Shown: positions 38,633-52,500 of the stretch, piece after piece
Position numbering within the stretch: the stretch's first letter is position 1
Layout: each line of letters opens with the position of its first letter
Assembly (NCBI GenBank): GCA_964057225.1
Contig: OZ059898.1
Location: forward strand, 20,584,001-20,648,000
DNA from: Auanema rhodensis
Lineage: Eukaryota; Animalia; Nematoda
Direction: 5' to 3'
DNA length: 64,000 nucleotides
Notes under the pieces: generated by a model
Told to the model about the DNA's origin: nothing
The model's database searches: none
Seen by the model: the letters and a program-made list of their open reading frames with translations, nothing else
Made by a program: the position numbers and the translations under genes

Positions 38633-41600
38633 TTAGTGTATGTTGAGTTTCCATGTACACTCAACATTGCTTCCAAAAACATTTTGACAAAAATTTTTTC
38701 GAAAAATTTCAGAATAATTTAGCAAAAAGTAGATGTTTTTAGATTCCATTTTTCAAGGCAAAGACGATGGACAATGTTATTCAACGAAAAAATTATTCCT
38801 TCAGGGTGAAAATCGAGGATATAAGTGTGAACTTATATCAGTTGATATCTCGGTGCATTTTTAAGCTAGCGCAAATCTGATAACACAGATCGACGCAGCT
38901 TAAAAATCCGCATCGAATGCACTAAACTACATTGAGAAACGCTTGATACAAAAATTAGTTATGATCGTTTGAAAAATGATGCATTAGTGTATGTTGAGTT
39001 TCCATGTGCACTCAACATTGCTTCCAAAAACATTTTGACAAAAATTTTTTCGAAAAATTTCAGAATAATTTAGCAAAAAGTAGATGTTTTTAGATTCCAT
39101 TTTTCAAGGCAAAGACGATGGACAATGTTATTCAACGAAAAAATTAATTCTTCAGGGTGAAAATCGAGGATATAAGTGTGAACTTATATCAGTTGATATC
39201 TCGGTGCATTTTTAAGCTAGCGCAAATCTGATAACACAGATCGACGCAGCTTAAAAATCCGCATCGAATGCACTATACTACATTGAGAAACGCTTAATAC
39301 AAAAATTAGTTATGATCGTTTGAAAAATGATGCATTAGTGTATGTTGAGTTTCCATGTACACTCAACATTGCTTCCAAAAACATTTTGACAAAAATTTTT
39401 TCGAAAAATTTCAGAATAATTTAGCAAAAAGTAGATGTTTTTAGATTCCATTTTTCAAGGCAAAGACGATGGACAATGTTATTCAACGAAAAAATTATTC
39501 CTTCAGGGTGAAAATCGAGGATATAAGTGTGAACTTATATCAGTTGATATCTCGGTGCATTTTTAAGCTAGCGCAAATCTGATAACACAGATCGACGCAG
39601 CTTAAAAATCCGCATCGAATGCACTAAACTACATTGAGAAACGCTTGATACAAAAATTAGTTATGATCGTTTGAAAAATGATGCATTAGTGTATGTTGAG
39701 TTTCCATGTGCACTCAACATTGCTTCCAAAAACATTTTGACAAAAATTTTTTCGAAAAATTTCAGAATAATTTAGCAAAAAGTAGATGTTTTTAGATTCC
39801 ATTTTTCAAGGCAAAGACGATGGACAATGTTATTCAACGAAAAAATTATTCCTTCAGGGTGAAAATCGAGGATATAAGTGTGAACTTATATCAGTTGATA
39901 TCTCGGTGCATTTTTAAGCTAGCGCAAATCTGATAACACAGATCGACGCAGCTTAAAAATCCGCATCGAATGCACTATACTACATTGAGAAACGCTTAAT
40001 ACAAAAATTAGTTATGATCGTTTGAAAAATGATGCATTAGTGTATGTTGAGTTTCCATGTACACTCAACATTGCTTCCAAAAACATTTTGACAAAAATTT
40101 TTTCGAAAAATTTCAAAATAATTTAGCAAAAAGTAGATGTTTTTAAATTTCTTATTTCAAGACAAAGACGATGGACATTGTTATTCAACGAAAAAATTAA
40201 TTCTTCAGGGTGAAAATCGAGGATATAAGTGTGAACTTATATCAGTTGATATCTCGGTGCATTTTTAAGCTAGCGCAAATCTGATAACACAGATCGACGC
40301 AGCTTAAAAATCCGCATCGAATGCACTATACTACATTGAGAAACGCTTAATACAAAAATTAGTTACGATCGTTTGAAAAATGATGCATTAGTGTATGTTG
40401 AGTTTCCATGTACACTCAACATTGCTTCCAAAAACATTTTGACAAAAATTTTTTCGAAAAATTTCAGAATAATTTAGCAAAAAGTAGATGTTTTTAGATT
40501 CCATTTTTCAAGGCAAAGACGATGGACAATGTTATTCAACGAAAAAATTATTCCTTCAGGGTGAAAATCGAGGATATAAGTGTGAACTTATATCAGTTGA
40601 TATCTCGGTGCATTTTTAAGCTAGCGCAAATCTGATAACACAGATCGACGCAGCTTAAAAATCCGCATCGAATGCACTAAACTACATTGAGAAACGCTTG
40701 ATACAAAAATTAGTTATGATCGTTTGAAAAATGATGCATTAGTGTATGTTGAGTTTCCATGTGCACTCAACATTGCTTCCAAAAACATTTTGACAAAAAT
40801 TTTTTCGAAAAATTTCAGAATAATTTAGCAAAAAGTAGATGTTTTTAGATTCCATTTTTCAAGGCAAAGACGATGGACAATGTTATTCAACGAAAAAATT
40901 AATTCTTCAGGGTGAAAATCGAGGATATAAGTGTGAACTTATATCAGTTGATATCTCGGTGCATTTTTAAGCTAGCGCAAATCTGATAACACAGATCGAC
41001 GCAGCTTAAAAATCCGCATCGAATGCACTATACTACATTGAGAAACGCTTAATACAAAAATTAGTTATGATCGTTTGAAAAATGATGCATTAGTGTATGT
41101 TGAGTTTCCATGTACACTCAACATTGCTTCCAAAAACATTTTGACAAAAATTTTTTCGAAAAATTTCAAAATAATTTAGCAAAAAGTAGATGTTTTTAAA
41201 TTTCTTATTTCAAGACAAAGACGATGGACATTGTTATTCAACGAAAAAATTAATTCTTCAGGGTGAAAATCGAGGATATAAGTGTGAACTTATATCAGTT
41301 GATATCTCGGTGCATTTTTAAGCTAGCGCAAATCTGATAACACAGATCGACGCAGCTTAAAAATCCGCATCGAATGCACTATACTACATTGAGAAACGCT
41401 TAATACAAAAATTAGTTATGATCGTTTGAAAAATGATGCATTAGTGTATGTTGAGTTTCCATGTACACTCAACATTGCTTCCAAAAACATTTTGACAAAA
41501 ATTTTTTCGAAAAATTTCAAAATAATTTAGCAAAAAGTAGATGTTTTTAGATTCCTTCATTCAAGGCAAAGACGATGGACAATGTTATTCAACGAAAAAA

Positions 41601-42844
41601 TTATTCCTTCAGGGTGAAAATCGAGGATATAAGTGTGAACTTATATCAGTTGATATCTCGGTGCATTTTTAAGCTAGCGCAAATCTGATAACACAGATCG
41701 ACGCAGCTTAAAAATCCGCATCGAATGCACTAAACTACATTGAGAAACGCTTGATACAAAAATTAGTTATGATCGTTTGAAAAATGATGCATTAGTGTAT
41801 GTTGAGTTTCCATGTGCACTCAACATTGCTTCCAAAAACATTTTGACAAAAATTTTTTCGAAAAATTTCAGAATAATTTAGCAAAAAGTAGATGTTTTTA
41901 GATTCCATTTTTCAAGGCAAAGACGATGGACAATGTTATTCAACGAAAAAATTATTCCTTCAGGGTGAAAATCGAGGATATAAGTGTGAACTTATATCAG
42001 TTGATATCTCGGTGCATTTTTAAGCTAGCGCAAATCTGATAACACAGATCGACGCAGCTTAAAAATCCGCATCGAATGCACTATACTACATTGAGAAACG
42101 CTTAATACAAAAATTAGTTATGATCGTTTGAAAAATGATGCATTAGTGTATGTTGAGTTTCCATGTACACTCAACATTGCTTCCAAAAACATTTTGACAA
42201 AAATTTTTTCGAAAAATTTCAAAATAATTTAGCAAAAACTAGATGTTTTTAGATTCCATTTTTCAAGGCAAAGACGATGGACAATGTTATTCAACGAAAA
42301 AATTATTCCTTCAGGGTGAAAATCGAGGATATAAGTGTGAACTTATATCAGTTGATATCTCGGTGCATTTTTAAGCTAGCGCAAATCTGATAACACAGAT
42401 CGACGCAGCTTAAAAATCCGCATCGAATGCACTAAACTACATTGAGAAACGCTTGATACAAAAATTAGTTATGATCGTTTGAAAAATGATGCATTAGTGT
42501 ATGTTGAGTTTCCATGTGCACTCAACATTGCTTCCAAAAACATTTTGACAAAAATTTTTTCGAAAAATTTCAGAATAATTTAGCAAAAAGTAGATGTTTT
42601 TAGATTCCATTTTTCAAGGCAAAGACGATGGACAATGTTATTCAACGAAAAAATTAATTCTTCAGGGTGAAAATCGAGGATATAAGTGTGAAGTTATATC
42701 AGTTGATATCTCGGTGCATTTTTAAGCTAGCGCAAATCTGATAACACAGATCGACGCAGCTTAAAAATCCGCATCGAATGCACTATACTACATTGAGAAA
42801 CGCTTAATACAAAAATTAGTTATGATCGTTTGAAAAATGATGCA
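38633..42844. repeat. Sub-domain defined by a private junction-spanning haplotype (5 occurrences)
   Basis: ACTAAAC + CTTGATAC at the end of copies 111, 113, 116, 119 and 121, each followed by ATGTGCAC in the next copy; not seen elsewhere in the window. Confidence 0.9.
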
Positions 42845-45800
42845 TTAGTGTATGTTGAGTTTCCATGTACACTCAACATTGCTTCCAAAAACATTTTGAC
42901 AAAAATTTTTTCGAAAAATTTCAAAATAATTTAGCAAAAAGTAGATGTTTTTAGATTCCTTTTTTCAAGGCAAAGACGATGGACAATGTTATTCAACGAA
43001 AAAATTATTCCTTCAGGGTGAAAATCGAGGATATAAGTGTGAACTTATATCAGTTGATATCTCGGTGCATTTTTAAGCTAGCGCAAATCTGATAACACAG
43101 ATCGACGCAGCTTAAAAATCCGCATCGAATGCACTATACTACATTGAGAAACGCTTAATACAAAAATTAGTTATGATCGTTTGAAAAATGATGCATTAGT
43201 GTATGTTGAGTTTCCATGTACACTCAACATTGCTTCCAAAAACATTTTGACAAAAATTTTTTCGAAAAATTTCAGAATAATTTAGCAAAAAGTAGATGTT
43301 TTTAGATTCCATTTTTCAAGGCAAAGACGATGGACAATGTTATTCAACGAAAAAATTATTCCTTCAGGGTGAAAATCGAGGATATAAGTGTGAACTTATA
43401 TCAGTTGATATCTCGGTGCATTTTTAAGCTAGCGCAAATCTGATAACACAGATCGACGCAGCTTAAAAATCCGCATCGAATGCACTATACTACATTGAGA
43501 AACGCTTAATACAAAAATTAGTTATGATCGTTTGAAAAATGATGCATTAGTGTATGTTGAGTTTCCATGTACACTCAACATTGCTTCCAAAAACATTTTG
43601 ACAAAAATTTTTTCGAAAAATTTCAAAATAATTTAGCAAAAAGTAGATGTTTTTAGATTCCTTTATTCAAGGCAAAGACGATGGACAATGTTATTCAACG
43701 AAAAAATTAATTCTTCAGGGTGAAAATCGAGGATATAAATGTGAACTTATATCAGTTGATATCTCGGTGCATTTTTAAGCTAGCGCAAATCTGATAACAC
43801 AGATCGACGCAGCTTAAAAATCCGCATCGAATGCACTATACTACATTGAGAAACGCTTAATACAAAAATTAGTTATGATCGTTTGAAAAATGATGCATTA
43901 GTGTATGTTGAGTTTCCATGTACACTCAACATTGCTTCCAAAAACATTTTGACAAAAATTTTTTTGAAAAATTTCAGAATAATTTAGCAAAAAGTAGATG
44001 TTTTTAGATTCCATTTTTCAAGGCAAAGACGATGGACAATGTTATTCAACGAAAAAATTAATTCTTCAGGGTGAAAATCGAGGATATAAGTGTGAACTTA
44101 TATCAGTTGATATCTCGGTGCATTTTTAAGCTAGCGCAAATCTGATAACACAGATCGGCGCAGCTTAAAAATCCGCATCGAATGCACTATACTACATTGA
44201 GAAACGCTTAATACAAAAATTAGTTATGATCGTTTGAAAAATGATGCATTAGTGTATGTTGAGTTTCCATGTACACTCAACATTGCTTCCAAAAACATTT
44301 TGACAAAAATTTTTTCGAAAAATTTCAGAATAATTTAGCAAAAAGTAGATGTTTTTAGATTCCATTTTTCAAGGCAAAGACGATGGACAATGTTATTCAA
44401 CGAAAAAATTAATTCTTCAGGGTGAAAATCGAGGATATAAGTGTGAACTTATATCAGTTGATATCTCGGTGCATTTTTAAGCTAGCGCAAATCTGATAAC
44501 ACAGATCGACGCAGCTTAAAAATCCGCATCGAATGCACTATACTACATTGAGAAACGCTTAATACAAAAATTAGTTATGATCGTTTGAAAAATGATGCAT
44601 TAGTGTATGTTGAGTTTCCATGTACACTCAACATTGCTTCCAAAAACATTTTGACAAAAATTTTTTCGAAAAATTTCAAAATAATTTAGCAAAAAGTAGA
44701 TGTTTTTAGATTCCTTTTTTCAAGGCAAAGACGATGGACAATGTTATTCAACGAAAAAATTATTCCTTCAGGGTGAAAATCGAGGATATAAGTGTGAACT
44801 TATATCAGTTGATATCTCGGTGCATTTTTAAGCTAGCGCAAATCTGATAACACAGATCGACGCAGCTTAAAAATCCGCATCGAATGCACTATACTACATT
44901 GAGAAACGCTTAATACAAAAATTAGTTATGATCGTTTGAAAAATGATGCATTAGTGTATGTTGAGTTTCCATGTACACTCAACATTGCTTCCAAAAACAT
45001 TTTGACAAAAATTTTTTCGAAAAATTTCAGAATAATTTAGCAAAAAGTAGATGTTTTTAGATTCCATTTTTCAAGGCAAAGACGATGGACAATGTTATTC
45101 AACGAAAAAATTATTCCTTCAGGGTGAAAATCGAGGATATAAGTGTGAACTTATATCAGTTGATATCTCGGTGCATTTTTAAGCTAGCGCAAATCTGATA
45201 ACACAGATCGACGCAGCTTAAAAATCCGCATCGAATGCACTATACTACATTGAGAAACGCTTAATACAAAAATTAGTTATGATCGTTTGAAAAATGATGC
45301 ATTAGTGTATGTTGAGTTTCCATGTACACTCAACATTGCTTCCAAAAACATTTTGACAAAAATTTTTTCGAAAAATTTCAAAATAATTTAGCAAAAAGTA
45401 GATGTTTTTAGATTCCTTTATTCAAGGCAAAGACGATGGACAATGTTATTCAACGAAAAAATTAATTCTTCAGGGTGAAAATCGAGGATATAAATGTGAA
45501 CTTATATCAGTTGATATCTCGGTGCATTTTTAAGCTAGCGCAAATCTGATAACACAGATCGACGCAGCTTAAAAATCCGCATCGAATGCACTATACTACA
45601 TTGAGAAACGCTTAATACAAAAATTAGTTATGATCGTTTGAAAAATGATGCATTAGTGTATGTTGAGTTTCCATGTACACTCAACATTGCTTCCAAAAAC
45701 ATTTTGACAAAAATTTTTTCGAAAAATTTCAAAATAATTTAGCAAAAAGTAGATGTTTTTAGATTCCTTTATTCAAGGCAAAGACGATGGACAATGTTAT

Positions 45801-48800
45801 TCAACGAAAAAATTAATTCTTCAGGGTGAAAATCGAGGATATAAATGTGAACTTATATCAGTTGATATCTCGGTGCATTTTTAAGCTAGCGCAAATCTGA
45901 TAACACAGATCGACGCAGCTTAAAAATCCGCATCGAATGCACTATACTACATTGAGAAACGCTTAATACAAAAATTAGTTATGATCGTTTGAAAAATGAT
46001 GCATTAGTGTATGTTGAGTTTCCATGTACACTCAACATTGCTTCCAAAAACATTTTGACAAAAATTTTTTTGAAAAATTTCAGAATAATTTAGCAAAAAG
46101 TAGATGTTTTTAGATTCCATTTTTCAAGGCAAAGACGATGGACAATGTTATTCAACGAAAAAATTAATTCTTCAGGGTGAAAATCGAGGATATAAGTGTG
46201 AACTTATATCAGTTGATATCTCGGTGCATTTTTAAGCTAGCGCAAATCTGATAACACAGATCGACGCAGCTTAAAAATCCGCATCGAATGCACTATACTA
46301 CATTGAGAAACGCTTAATACAAAAATTAGTTATGATCGTTTGAAAAATGATGCATTAGTGTATGTTGAGTTTCCATGTACACTCAACATTGCTTCCAAAA
46401 ACATTTTGACAAAAATTTTTTTGAAAAATTTCAGAATAATTTAGCAAAAAGTAGATGTTTTTAGATTCCATTTTTCAAGGCAAAGACGATGGACAATGTT
46501 ATTCAACGAAAAAATTAATTCTTCAGGGTGAAAATCGAGGATATAAGTGTGAACTTATATCAGTTGATATCTCGGTGCATTTTTAAGCTAGCGCAAATCT
46601 GATAACACAGATCGACGCAGCTTAAAAATCCGCATCGAATGCACTATACTACATTGAGAAACGCTTAATACAAAAATTAGTTATGATCGTTTGAAAAATG
46701 ATGCATTAGTGTATGTTGAGTTTCCATGTACACTCAACATTGCTTCCAAAAACATTTTGACAAAAATTTTTTCGAAAAATTTCAAAATAATTTAGCAAAA
46801 AGTAGATGTTTTTAGATTCCTTTATTCAAGGCAAAGACGATGGACAATGTTATTCAACGAAAAAATTAATTCTTCAGGGTGAAAATCGAGGATATAAATG
46901 TGAACTTATATCAGTTGATATCTCGGTGCATTTTTAAGCTAGCGCAAATCTGATAACACAGATCGACGCAGCTTAAAAATCCGCATCGAATGCACTATAC
47001 TACATTGAGAAACGCTTAATACAAAAATTAGTTATGATCGTTTGAAAAATGATGCATTAGTGTATGTTGAGTTTCCATGTACACTCAACATTGCTTCCAA
47101 AAACATTTTGACAAAAATTTTTTCGAAAAATTTCAAAATAATTTAGCAAAAAGTAGATGTTTTTAGATTCCTTTATTCAAGGCAAAGACGATGGACAATG
47201 TTATTCAACGAAAAAATTAATTCTTCAGGGTGAAAATCGAGGATATAAATGTGAACTTATATCAGTTGATATCTCGGTGCATTTTTAAGCTAGCGCAAAT
47301 CTGATAACACAGATCGACGCAGCTTAAAAATCCGCATCGAATGCACTATACTACATTGAGAAACGCTTAATACAAAAATTAGTTATGATCGTTTGAAAAA
47401 TGATGCATTAGTGTATGTTGAGTTTCCATGTACACTCAACATTGCTTCCAAAAACATTTTGACAAAAATTTTTTTGAAAAATTTCAGAATAATTTAGCAA
47501 AAAGTAGATGTTTTTAGATTCCATTTTTCAAGGCAAAGACGATGGACAATGTTATTCAACGAAAAAATTAATTCTTCAGGGTGAAAATCGAGGATATAAG
47601 TGTGAACTTATATCAGTTGATATCTCGGTGCATTTTTAAGCTAGCGCAAATCTGATAACACAGATCGGCGCAGCTTAAAAATCCGCATCGAATGCACTAT
47701 ACTACATTGAGAAACGCTTAATACAAAAATTAGTTATGATCCTTTGAAAAATGATGCATTAGTGTATGTTGAGTTTCCATGTACACTCAACAATGCTTCC
47801 AAAAACACTTTGACAAAAATTTTTTCGAAAAATTTCAAAATAATTTAGCAAAAAGTAGATGTTTTTAGATTCCTTTTTTCAAGGCAAAGACGATGGACAA
47901 TGTTATTCAACGAAAAAATTAATTCTTCAGGGTGAAAATCGAGGATATAAATGTGAACTTATATCAGTTGATATCTCGGTGCATTTTTAAGCTAGCGCAA
48001 ATCTGATAACACAGATCGACGCAGCTTAAAAATCCGCATCGAATGCACTATACTACATTGAGAAACGCTTAATACAAAAATTAGTTATGATCGTTTGAAA
48101 AATGATGCATTAGTGTATGTTGAGTTTCCATGTACACTCAACATTGCTTCCAAAAACATTTTGACAAAAATTTTTTTGAAAAATTTCAGAATAATTTAGC
48201 AAAAAGTAGATGTTTTTAGATTCCATTTTTCAAGGCAAAGACGATGGACAATGTTATTCAACGAAAAAATTAATTCTTCAGGGTGAAAATCGAGGATATA
48301 AGTGTGAACTTATATCAGTTGATATCTCGGTGCATTTTTAAGCTAGCGCAAATCTGATAACACAGATCGGCGCAGCTTAAAAATCCGCATCGAATGCACT
48401 ATACTACATTGAGAAACGCTTAATACAAAAATTAGTTATGATCCTTTGAAAAATGATGCATTAGTGTATGTTGAGTTTCCATGTACACTCAACAATGCTT
48501 CCAAAAACACTTTGACAAAAATTTTTTCGAAAAATTTCAAAATAATTTAGCAAAAAGTAGATGTTTTTAGATTCCTTTTTTCAAGGCAAAGACGATGGAC
48601 AATGTTATTCAACGAAAAAATTATTCCTTCAGGGTGAAAATCGAGGATATAAATGTGAACTTATATCAGTTGATATCTCGGTGCATTTTTAAGCTAGCGC
48701 AAATCTGATAACACAGATCGACGCAGCTTAAAAATCCGCATCGAATGCACTATACTACATTGAGAAACGCTTAATACAAAAATTAGTTATGATCGTTTGA

Positions 48801-49513
48801 AAAATGATGCATTAGTGTATGTTGAGTTTCCATGTACACTCAACATTGCTTCCAAAAACATTTTGACAAAAATTTTTTTGAAAAATTTCAGAATAATTTA
48901 GCAAAAAGTAGATGTTTTTAGATTCCATTTTTCAAGGCAAAGACGATGGACAATGTTATTCAACGAAAAAATTAATTCTTCAGGGTGAAAATCGAGGATA
49001 TAAGTGTGAACTTATATCAGTTGATATCTCGGTGCATTTTTAAGCTAGCGCAAATCTGATAACACAGATCGGCGCAGCTTAAAAATCCGCATCGAATGCA
49101 CTATACTACATTGAGAAACGCTTAATACAAAAATTAGTTATGATCCTTTGAAAAATGATGCATTAGTGTATGTTGAGTTTCCATGTACACTCAACAATGC
49201 TTCCAAAAACACTTTGACAAAAATTTTTTCGAAAAATTTCAAAATAATTTAGCAAAAAGTAGATGTTTTTAGATTCCTTTTTTCAAGGCAAAGACGATGG
49301 ACAATGTTATTCAACGAAAAAATTATTCCTTCAGGGTGAAAATCGAGGATATAAATGTGAACTTATATCAGTTGATATCTCGGTGCATTTTTAAGCTAGC
49401 GCAAATCTGATAACACAGATCGACGCAGCTTAAAAATCCGCATCGAATGCACTATACTACATTGAGAAACGCTTAATACAAAAATTAGTTATGATCGTTT
49501 GAAAAATGATGCA

Positions 49514-52500
49514 TTAGTGTATGTTGAGTTTCCATGTACACTCAACATTGCTTCCAAAAACATTTTGACAAAAATTTTTTCGAAAAATTTCAAAATAATT
49601 TAGCAAAAAGTAGATATTTTTAAATTTCTTATTTCAAGACAAAGACGATGGACATTGTTATTCAACGAAAAAATTAATTCTTCAGGGTGAAAATCGAGGA
49701 TATAAGTGTGAACTTATATCAGTTGATATCTCGGTGCATTTTTAAGCTAGCGCAAATCTGATAACACAGATCGACGCAGCTTAAAAATCCGCATCGAATG
49801 CACTATACTACATTGAGAAACGCTTAATACAAAAATTAGTTATGATCGTTTGAAAAATGATGCATTAGTGTATGTTGAGTTTCCATGTACACTCAACATT
49901 GCTTCCAAAAACATTTTGACAAAAATTTTTTTGAAAAATTTCAAAATAATTTAGCAAAAAGTAGATGTTTTTAGATTCCTTTATTCAAGGCAAAGACGAT
50001 GGACAATGTTATTCAACGAAAAAATTAATTCTTCAGGGTGAAAATCGAGGATATAAGTGTGAACTTATATCAGTTGATATCTCGGTGCATTTTTAAGCTA
50101 GCGCAAATCTGATAACACAGATCGACGCAGCTTAAAAATCCGCATCGAATGCACTATACTACATTGAGAAAAGCTTAATACAAAAATTAGTTATGATCCC
50201 TTGAAAAATGATGCATTAGTGTATGTTGAGTTTCCATGTACACTCAACAATGCTTCCAAAAACACTTTGACAAAAATTTTTTCGAAAAATTTCAAAATAA
50301 TTTAGCAAAAAGTAGATGTTTTTAGATTCCTTTATTCAAGGCGAAGACGATGGACAATGTTATTCAACGAAAAAATTAATTCTTCAGGGTGAAAATCGAG
50401 GATATAAGTGTGAACTTATATCAGTTGATATCTCGGTGCATTTTTAAGCTAGCGCAAATCTGATAACACAGATCGACGCAGCTTAAAAATCCGCATCGAA
50501 TGCACTATACTACATTGAGAAAAGCTTAATACAAAAATTAGTTATGATCCCTTGAAAAATGATGCATTAGTGTATGTTGAGTTTCCATGTACACTCAACA
50601 ATGCTTCCAAAAACACTTTGACAAAAATTTTTTCGAAAAATTTCAAAATAATTTAGCAAAAAGTAGATGTTTTTAGATTCCTTTTTTCAAGGCAAAGACG
50701 ATGGACAATGTTATTCAACGAAAAAATTATTCCTTCAGGGTGAAAATCGAGGATATAAGTGTGAACTTATATCAGTTGATATCTCGGTGCATTTTTAAGC
50801 TAGCGCAAATCTGATAACACAGATCGACGCAGCTTAAAAATCCGCATCGAATGCACTATACTACATTGAGAAACGCTTAATACAAAAATTAGTTATGATC
50901 GTTTGAAAAATGATGCATTAGTGTATGTTGAGTTTCCATGTACACTCAACATTGCTTCCAAAAACACTTTGACAAAAATTTTTTCGAAAAATTTCAAAAT
51001 AATTTAGCAAAAAGTAGATGTTTTTAAATTTCTTATTTCAAGACAAAGACGATGGACATTGTTATTCAACGAAAAAATTAATTCTTCAGGGTGAAAATCG
51101 AGGATATAAGTGTGAACTTATATCAGTTGATATCTCGGTGCATTTTTAAGCTAGCGCAAATCTGATAACACAGATCGACGCAGCTTAAAAATCCGCATCG
51201 AATGCACTATACTACATTGAGAAACGCTTAATACAAAAATTAGTTATGATCGTTTGAAAAATGATGCATTAGTGTATGTTGAGTTTCCATGTACACTCAA
51301 CATTGCTTCCAAAAACATTTTGACAAAAATTTTTTCGAAAAATTTCAAAATAATTTAGCAAAAAGTAGATGTTTTTAGATTCCTTTATTCAAGGCAAAGA
51401 CGATGGACAATGTTATTCAACGAAAAAATTAATTCTTCAGGGTGAAAATCGAGGATATAAGTGTGAACTTATATCAGTTGATATCTCGGTGCATTTTTAA
51501 GCTAGCGCAAATCTGATAACACAGATCGACGCAGCTTAAAAATCCGCATCGAATGCACTATACTACATTGAGAAAAGCTTAATACAAAAATTAGTTATGA
51601 TCCCTTGAAAAATGATGCATCAGTGTATGTTGAGTTTCCATGTACACTCAACAATGCTTCCAAAAACACTTTGACAAAAATTTTTTCGAAAAATTTCAAA
51701 ATAATTTAGCAAAAAGTAGATGTTTTTAGATTCCATTTTTTAAGGCAAAGACGATGGACAATGTTATTCAACGAAAAAATTATTCCTTCAGGGTGAAAAT
51801 CGAGGATATAAGTGTGAACTTATATCAGTTGATATCTCGGTGCATTTTTAAGCTAGCGCAAATCTGATAACACAGATCGACGCAGCTTAAAAATCCGCAT
51901 CGAATGCACTATACTACATTGAGAAACGCTTAATACAAAAATTAGTTATGATCGTTTGAAAAATGATGCATTAGTGTATGTTGAGTTTCCATGTACACTC
52001 AACATTGCTTCCAAAAACATTTTGACAAAAATTTTTTCGAAAAATTTCAGAATAATTTAGCAAAAAGTAGATGTTTTTAGATTCCATTTTTCAAGGCAAA
52101 GACGATGGACAATGTTATTCAACGAAAAAATTATTCCTTCAGGGTGAAAATCGAGGATATAAGTGTGAACTTATATCAGTTGATATCTCGGTGCATTTTT
52201 AAGCTAGCGCAAATCTGATAACACAGATCGACGCAGCTTAAAAATCCGCATCGAATGCACTATACTACATTGAGAAACGCTTAATACAAAAATTAGTTAT
52301 GATCGTTTGAAAAATGATGCATTAGTGTATGTTGAGTTTCCATGTACACTCAACATTGCTTCCAAAAACATTTTGACAAAAATTTTTTCGAAAAATTTCA
52401 AAATAATTTAGCAAAAAGTAGATGTTTTTAGATTCCTTTATTCAAGGCAAAGACGATGGACAATGTTATTCAACGAAAAAATTAATTCTTCAGGGTGAAA

